Part shown: piece by piece, positions 59,074-64,000 of the stretch
Numbering within the stretch: the stretch's first letter is position 1
Layout of the letters: each line of letters begins with the position of its first letter
Source: Gemmobacter sp.
Lineage (GTDB): Bacteria > Pseudomonadota > Alphaproteobacteria > Rhodobacterales > Rhodobacteraceae
DNA: 64,000 nucleotides
Assembly (NCBI GenBank): GCA_046294265.1
Contig: JBKBKC010000004.1
Span: 166,206-230,205, forward strand
Direction of reading: 5' to 3'
Notes under the pieces: generated by a model
Database searches by the model: none
What the model was told of the DNA's origin: nothing
The model's input: only the letters and a program-made list of their open reading frames with translations
Position numbers and translations under genes: made by a program

Positions 59074-60360
59074 TCAGTTGAAGCCGATGCCGGACCGGTC
59101 GATGATCTCGGCCTGGATCTCGGCCGCCGCCCCGTCCATGGCCTTCTGCGGGTCCATCCCGTTCAGCATCAGCTCATCCAGCCAGACGTTCAGGATGCCC
59201 TCATATTCCGAAAAGTTCGGATGCTTCGGATCGGGCCGCCCGCCTGCAAGTGCCAGCGCCAGATACCGCTGCGCCAGCGGGTTGCCCGCCAGATAGGGAT
59301 GCCCCTCGGGCAGGATCGCGCCGGGGATCGACCCGCCAAGACCGGCAAGCTGCACGATGTTGTCCGGCGTCACGATCAGGAATTGCAGCAGCTTCGCCGC
59401 CGCCTCCTTGTTCTTCGACGCCGAGGTGATGGCAATGACGTTTGCCCCAAGTCCTGCCCCCGCCATCTCGGGCGTGCCTTGCGGCCCGGGCGGCACCAGG
59501 CCCAGGCCCGCATATTGCAGCATGTCGGGGAAATCCTTCTGCCAGTTGCGGAAGGCAAAGTTGTTATAGACCATCGCCGTCTTGCCCTGGCCCAGCCCCA
59601 CATTGTCGGCCTCGATCGACCGCGGCACATCGCAGCACTGCACCAGCTTTTGCAGGAAGGCCGCGGCCTCGACCGCCTGCGGCGAATTCATCGTGGCGGT
59701 CTTGCCGTCCTCCGAGAACATCGCGCCGCCATTGGCCTCGACCAGACGGGTAAACATGTTCGAGCGGTTGAAGGGGAAGCTGGAGGAATAGAACCCCAGC
59801 TGCGTGATCGCGCCCGCGCTGTCCTTCACGGTGGCACCTTCCGCCCAAGCCAGCCATTGATCCCAGCTTTCCGGGGCCTTGGACGCATCGTTGCCGCCTG
59901 CCTCGATCAGGTCGGTGCGCCAGGACAGGCCATTGGCCGAAAACCAGCTGGGCAGCATCGACCAGGTGCCGTTCCACGAGGTCAGATCGACGGTGGCGGG
60001 CACGAAATCGGCGGGGTTGAAGAACTGCGAGTGGTCAGCCAGGAGTCCGCGCTCGGCAAATCCTGCCACGAGATTGGAAAAGCCGAAGATGATGTCGGGC
60101 AGCGTGCCACCGGCTGCCGCCGTGGCAATCTGCTGCTGATAGGCCGACCAGGCGGTGATTTCCCAATCAACCTTGATGCCGGGGTTTGCGGCCTCGAACT
60201 CCGGGATCAGGCGTTCAAGCACCGCGCCATGTGCCTCGGGCGTCCCATTGAACCACATTCGGATGGTCGTGTCCTGCGCATGGCCGGCGCCAGGCAGAAG
60301 GACGGTGGCGATGGCAACAAGAGTGGTCAGGCCGAGGCCGCAGCGCGTGGGTTGGGTCAT
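59074..60360 (-). CDS. family-1 extracellular solute-binding protein (sugar ABC)
   Basis: ATG at 60360 follows AAGGAG. Signal peptide MTQPTRCGLGLTTLVAIATVLLPGAGHA. Confidence 0.8.
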   Translation of the reverse strand: MTQPTRCGLGLTTLVAIATVLLPGAGHAQDTTIRMWFNGTPEAHGAVLERLIPEFEAANPGIKVDWEITAWSAYQQQIATAAAGGTLPDIIFGFSNLVAGFAERGLLADHSQFFNPADFVPATVDLTSWNGTWSMLPSWFSANGLSWRTDLIEAGGNDASKAPESWDQWLAWAEGATVKDSAGAITQLGFYSSSFPFNRSNMFTRLVEANGGAMFSEDGKTATMNSPQAVEAAAFLQKLVQCCDVPRSIEADNVGLGQGKTAMVYNNFAFRNWQKDFPDMLQYAGLGLVPPGPQGTPEMAGAGLGANVIAITSASKNKEAAAKLLQFLIVTPDNIVQLAGLGGSIPGAILPEGHPYLAGNPLAQRYLALALAGGRPDPKHPNFSEYEGILNVWLDELMLNGMDPQKAMDGAAAEIQAEIIDRSGIGFN

Positions 60361-60863
60361 GTGTCGCTCCTTGTTTGGTGCTGAATAGCTTGCTCCGGGT
60401 GGAAAGTTCATCTTCTATCGTTCCGGTTTGCGGTGTCTCTGGCAACCCATCAATGCGTTGTCCCACGAAAAGACGGAGATACCCCATGGAAATCACGCCC
60501 AGTCATCCTGCAATTTCATCAATCAGAATGACCTGCCCCCCGGAAGTTCCCTCGCTGTGATGTAGGGTCTGCCCAACCTGAGAAGGAGCATACGACATGA
60601 GGAAGAGCCGTTTCACCGACGCGCAGATTATCGGGATGATCAAGGAGCAGGAGGCCGGGCTGCCGATGTCTGAGCTGTGCGGCAAGCATGGGCTGAGCCC
60701 TGCGACGTTCTACAAGCTGAAAGCCAAGTATGGCGGGATGGACTTGTCCGACGCCAAGCGGGCAAAGCAGCTCGAGGTCGAGAACGCCAGGCTGAAGCGT
60801 CTGGTGGCGGATGTGATGCTGGACGATGTGGTGCTGAAAGACCTGCTGGGAAAGCCCTGACGT

Positions 60864-60902
60864 CGAGCCATCGTGCGCCATTGGTTCGAGCACAATGGCG
60901 AG
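60864..60902. repeat. 39-bp hairpin-forming mini-insertion, copy A
   Basis: CGAGCCATCGTGCGCCATTGGTTCGAGCACAATGGCGAG. It matches the reverse complement of 61296-61334 at 36 of 39 positions. Confidence 0.85.
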
Positions 60903-61295
60903 GGATGCAACGGCGGGGCGCGGTGATGCGGGCGATGAAGGGTCATCCGATCTCTCAGCGCCGGGCCTGCGTCCTGATCGGTGTCGGTCCCAAGACCGTG
61001 CGGCGCCAGCATCCACCCGACAATCCCGAGGTCCGTCTGGACATGAACACGACCGCCGAGAAGCGGCGCCGGTTTGGCTATCGGCGCATCGGCGTCATGT
61101 TGGAGCGTAACGGCATGGTGTTGAACGAGAAGATGCTCTACCGGATTTGCCGGGAAGAGGGTCTGTCGGTGCGCCGCCGTCGTGGTCGCAAACGGGCGCG
61201 CGGCAGCCGCACACCGATGCCAGTGCCACTGCGCGCGAACCCGCGCTGGTCGCTGGGCTTTCTGTCCGACACCTTCGGGGCCTGCCGGAAGTTCG

Positions 61296-61334
61296 CTCGC
61301 CATTGTTCTTGAACCAATGGCGCACAATGGCTCG
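61296..61334. repeat. 39-bp hairpin-forming mini-insertion, copy B (inverted)
   Basis: CTCGCCATTGTTCTTGAACCAATGGCGCACAATGGCTCG. It introduces a TGA into orfB. Confidence 0.85.
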
Positions 61335-61427
61335 CCCTCGCGATCCATGACGACTGCTGCCGCGAGAACCTCTGCCTGGTCGCCGATACCGGCATCTCGG
61401 GGGCCAGAGTGGCGCGAGAACTGGATG

Positions 61428-62458
61428 GGTCGTGTCGCGAATGCTGTAGAAATTCCTTGGCGGCGCGCTCCGGGCATCTGAAGGTTCGTGTTCTCAGGCG
61501 GCGAGGTCAAGGGGCATCGGTTCGATGGGCTGAGAGAGGGTCTCCCATCCATCGACCTTGCGCATCTGGATCTGGCCGGAGGCCAGCATCGCCCAGAGCA
61601 GCATCGGCACGGTTTTGGCGCAGGGCAGCACGGTTTGGGTCTTGATGCGGCGGCGGAACTCCTCGTTCAACCGCTCGATAGCGTTCGTGGTCCGTGCCGA
61701 TTTCCACTGCGATGGGTCCAGGCGGGTGAAGGCGAACAGCCGCGCCCCGGCGTCCTCCAGGCTGTCGGCCGCCGCCCGGCACTTGAGCCGCCACTTGCGC
61801 AGGAACGCCTTGCGGCGGCGCTCCACCTCGGCGGAGGTGTCGGCATGGATCATGTCGCGGTAATCCTCGGTCAGTTCGTCCTGCATGTGCTTCGGGGCAT
61901 GGGCCAGAAGGTTGCGGTGCTTGTGAACCGTGCAGCGCTGGATCGGCAGCTCCTCGCCCCACAGCGCCACGAGCGCGGCCTCCAGCCCGGGGGCGCCGTC
62001 GACGATCACGAAGTCCGGCCGCTTCGGCCTTCTTCGTCAGCCGCTGGTAACGGGGCAGCGCCTTCGACCGCCATTCCGTCACCTTGCCTGTCTCATCCTC
62101 GGTCCGGGCGCGCGGCACCCGCACCGTTTCCGTCCCGAAGGTGCCGGTGAGCTGCCGTTCGCGATGCCCGTGGCGATACCCTTTCGCGGCACCATCGCAC
62201 CGACCGTAGCGCAGCCGGCCGAGAAAACCGGCGAGTTCATCCTCGAACACGGCTTCGATCGTCGCGCGGACGTTGACCCGCAGCCGCTCCTCGATCGGGT
62301 CGAACCCGGCCTCCCCGGCCAGTAGCGCAAAGCTCGCAGTGTCAGCAAACTGGTTCATGGCGTGATCTCCCTGGCGGTTGCTGCCGCAAGTTGGGTGGGT
62401 GTCAGTTCACCAAGAGATTACGCCGCCTGCAAATTTCCACCACTTCCGAGACACGACC
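61428..62458 (-). mobile_element. IS256-family element with internal deletion in the transposase
   Basis: 27-bp imperfect terminal inverted repeats (GGTCGTGTC.. at both ends, 20/27 match). The N-part reads MNQFADTASFALLAGEAGFDPIEERLR..QRLTKKAEA and joins out of frame to ..PDFVIVDGAPGLEAALVALWGEELPIQRCTVHKHRNLL... The central region between them appears to be missing. Confidence 0.85.
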
Positions 62459-62556
62459 ACGCTTCGCCGTCCACCGTTTGATGCTGTCGTCCATCGTCAC
62501 ACTCATCGCCACCTTCTCCTTTGTAGCATGAGCAGATTTTCACTGGGTCGATACAC
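62459..62556 (-). mobile_element. fragment of another IS3-family left end (first ~16 codons of an orfA)
   Basis: The minus strand reads TGTGTATCGACCC.. AAGGAG .. ATG AGT GTG ACG ATG GAC GAC AGC ATC AAA CGG TGG ACG GCG AAG CG, then is cut by the IS256 end. Confidence 0.4.
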
Positions 62557-62945
62557 AGCAGCAGTCGTCCGACCGAAGAGCGATGCACCTGCAGGCCATG
62601 GCCTGCGGCCAGTTCTGCCGTCAGTTCATCAATCGTTAGGTCGGGCCGGGCGGCGATCCGGCGCTGCACCCAATCCTTGACGTCCGTAAGCTTGACGTCC
62701 GTAAGCTTGCCACGCCCTGGATTGCCCTGCGGCTTTGGCGCAAGCGCCCCGGTCTCACGCTTGAGCCGCACCATGTCATTGACGAACTTGATCGAAACAC
62801 AAAGTCGCTGCGCCGCCGCAGTAAGCCTATGGCCCTGCTCGACAAGTGCCACAGCCCGCGCGCAACTCAACAGGATGCGGTTTGCCCATTCTCGGCCCCC
62901 ATATCTGCCTCAAGGGGAGGGACTCACAGAACAACACCCTTAAGA
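62557..62945 (-). pseudogene. IS630-family transposase N-terminal (HTH) fragment, frameshifted
   Basis: ATG at 62889 (MGKPHPVEL..), then a frame change into ..RAVALVEQGHRLTAAAQRLCVSIKFVNDMVRLKRETGALAPKPQG... It is a different member from the IS630 at 35.6 kb. Confidence 0.7.
62676..62705. repeat. 15-bp tandem duplication (CTTGACGTCCGTAAG x2)
   Basis: In-frame KLTDV-KLTDV duplication inside the IS630 fragment. Confidence 0.9.
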
Positions 62946-62974
62946 ATCTCGACTCCGGTCTGGGCCGATACGCT

Positions 62975-64000
62975 CTAGTTGTCCATCTTCAACGCAGAGA
63001 TAAACGCCTCCTGCGGAATCTCCACCTTCCCGAACTGGCGCATCCGCTTCTTGCCCGCCTTCTGCTTTTCCAAGAGCTTCTTCTTCCGCGTGGCATCGCC
63101 GCCGTAACATTTGGCTGTCACGTCCTTGCGCATCGCTGAAAGCGTCTCGCGGGCAATCACGCGGGCGCCGATGGCGGCCTGGATCGGGATCTTGAACATG
63201 TGCCGGGGGATCAGGTCCTTCAGCTTTTCCACCATCGCGCGGCCCCGCATCTCGGCCCGGTCGCGGTGGACCATCATCGACAGGGCATCGACAGGTTCCT
63301 CGTTCACGAGGATCGACATCTTCACAAGGAAATCCTCGCGGTATTCGGCCAGCGTGTAGTCGAAGCTGGCATAACCCTTGGTCACCGATTTCAGGCGGTC
63401 GTAGAAATCGAACACCACCTCGGCCAGCGGCAGGTCATAGACGACCATCGCGCGGGCTCCGGCATAGGACAGGTCCAGCTGGATGCCGCGACGGTCCTGG
63501 CAGAGCTTCAGGATATCGCCCAGATATTCGTCGGGCACCATGATCGTGGCCTTGATGCGCGGCTCGGTGATGTGGTCGATCAGGCTGGGGTCGGGCATGT
63601 CGGCGGGGTTGTGCAATTCGATCAGTTCGCCCGAGCGCATGTGCAGGTGGAACACCACGGAGGGGGCGGTGGTGATCAGGTCGAGGTCATACTCGCGTTC
63701 CAGCCGGTCGCGGATGACCTCCAGGTGCAGGAGGCCCAGAAACCCGCAGCGGAAGCCGAAGCCGAGGGCGGCGGAGGTTTCCATTTCGCTGCTGAAGGAC
63801 GCATCGTTCAGCGACAGCTTTTCGATGGCCTCGCGCAATGCTTCGAAATCGGCGGCATCGACGGGGAAGAGGCCGCAGAACACCACGGGCTGCGCGGGCT
63901 TGAAGCCGGGCAGCGCCTCGGCGCAGCCTTTGCGCTCATGCGTGATGGTGTCGCCCACGCGGGTGTCGCGGACCTGTTTGATCGAGGCGGTGAAGATGCC
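62975..64000 (-). CDS. lepA: elongation factor 4 (LepA), C-terminal two thirds; N-terminus beyond the window
   Basis: Contains ..[65 protein letters not shown]... The reading frame stays open to position 64000. Confidence 0.9.
   Translation of the reverse strand, partial: GIFTASIKQVRDTRVGDTITHERKGCAEALPGFKPAQPVVFCGLFPVDAADFEALREAIEKLSLNDASFSSEMETSAALGFGFRCGFLGLLHLEVIRDRLEREYDLDLITTAPSVVFHLHMRSGELIELHNPADMPDPSLIDHITEPRIKATIMVPDEYLGDILKLCQDRRGIQLDLSYAGARAMVVYDLPLAEVVFDFYDRLKSVTKGYASFDYTLAEYREDFLVKMSILVNEEPVDALSMMVHRDRAEMRGRAMVEKLKDLIPRHMFKIPIQAAIGARVIARETLSAMRKDVTAKCYGGDATRKKKLLEKQKAGKKRMRQFGKVEIPQEAFISALKMDN

Larger units (their letters stand above)
60529..61427 (+). mobile_element. IS3-family (IS407 group) element, 3'-truncated by IS256
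   Basis: The left end reads TGACCTGCCCCCC... orfA is 60597..60860 (MRKSRFTDAQIIGMIKEQEAGLPMSELCGKHGLSPATFYKLKAKYGG..). The orfB N-part, in the -1 frame, reads ..PISQRRACVLIG..RRRFGYRRIGVMLERNG... Confidence 0.85.

Noticed and set aside
48390-61427. Composite transposon formed by the two IS3-family relics flanking module 4
   Set aside because: The overlapping orfB portions of the two relics are only distantly similar, so they are different IS3 members. The left relic keeps a 3' part and the right relic a 5' part, and no shared target duplication was seen.

Overview
High-GC alphaproteobacterial (Rhodobacterales-like) chromosomal segment. The left edge carries the core tol-pal operon on the minus strand (ybgC-tolQ-tolR-tolA-tolB; tolB runs off the window), followed by three small genes of unknown function. 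The right edge is lepA (partial). Between about 7.1 kb and 62.9 kb lie roughly 55 kb of accessory DNA, split into four modules by decayed insertion sequences (IS110, IS630, IS3/IS407, IS5 and IS256 relics). Module 1 (8.2-26.9 kb) has two sugar-type gene sets with SorC regulators. The first is a long translationally coupled minus-strand operon: beta-hydroxyacid dehydrogenase, Frc-like ABC importer, DhaK, DhaL, ketose 3-epimerase, PRK-like kinase, MtnK and MtnA, plus a separate FGGY kinase and class II aldolase pair. The second is an FGGY pentulose kinase fused into one operon with acetoin-dehydrogenase-type E1 alpha, E1 beta and an AcoC-like E2. Module 2 (27.1-34.8 kb) holds a class V PLP enzyme, an AapJQMP-type amino-acid ABC importer, an RpiR regulator and a hydantoinase. 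Module 3 (36.8-48.2 kb, which appeared less GC-rich in the few lines I counted) is a Dpp-type ABC importer plus four small-molecule enzymes behind a near-consensus -24/-12 promoter. Next to it sits an AcoR-family regulator whose AAA+ motifs are degenerate. Module 4 (50.4-60.4 kb) has two CUT1 sugar ABC operons and a ROK regulator, with no enzymes. No rRNA, tRNA or CRISPR array was recognised. The items most worth follow-up are the kinase + Aco-type E1/E2 operon, the hybrid MtnK/MtnA-DhaKL-epimerase operon, the sigma54 promoter paired with a motif-degenerate activator, small hairpin insertions sitting precisely inside transposase genes (one with compensatory stem changes between two copies), and strongly strand-skewed G-rich and C-rich non-coding tracts. 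All functional calls rest on my own reading of the translated ORFs. No database search was run.
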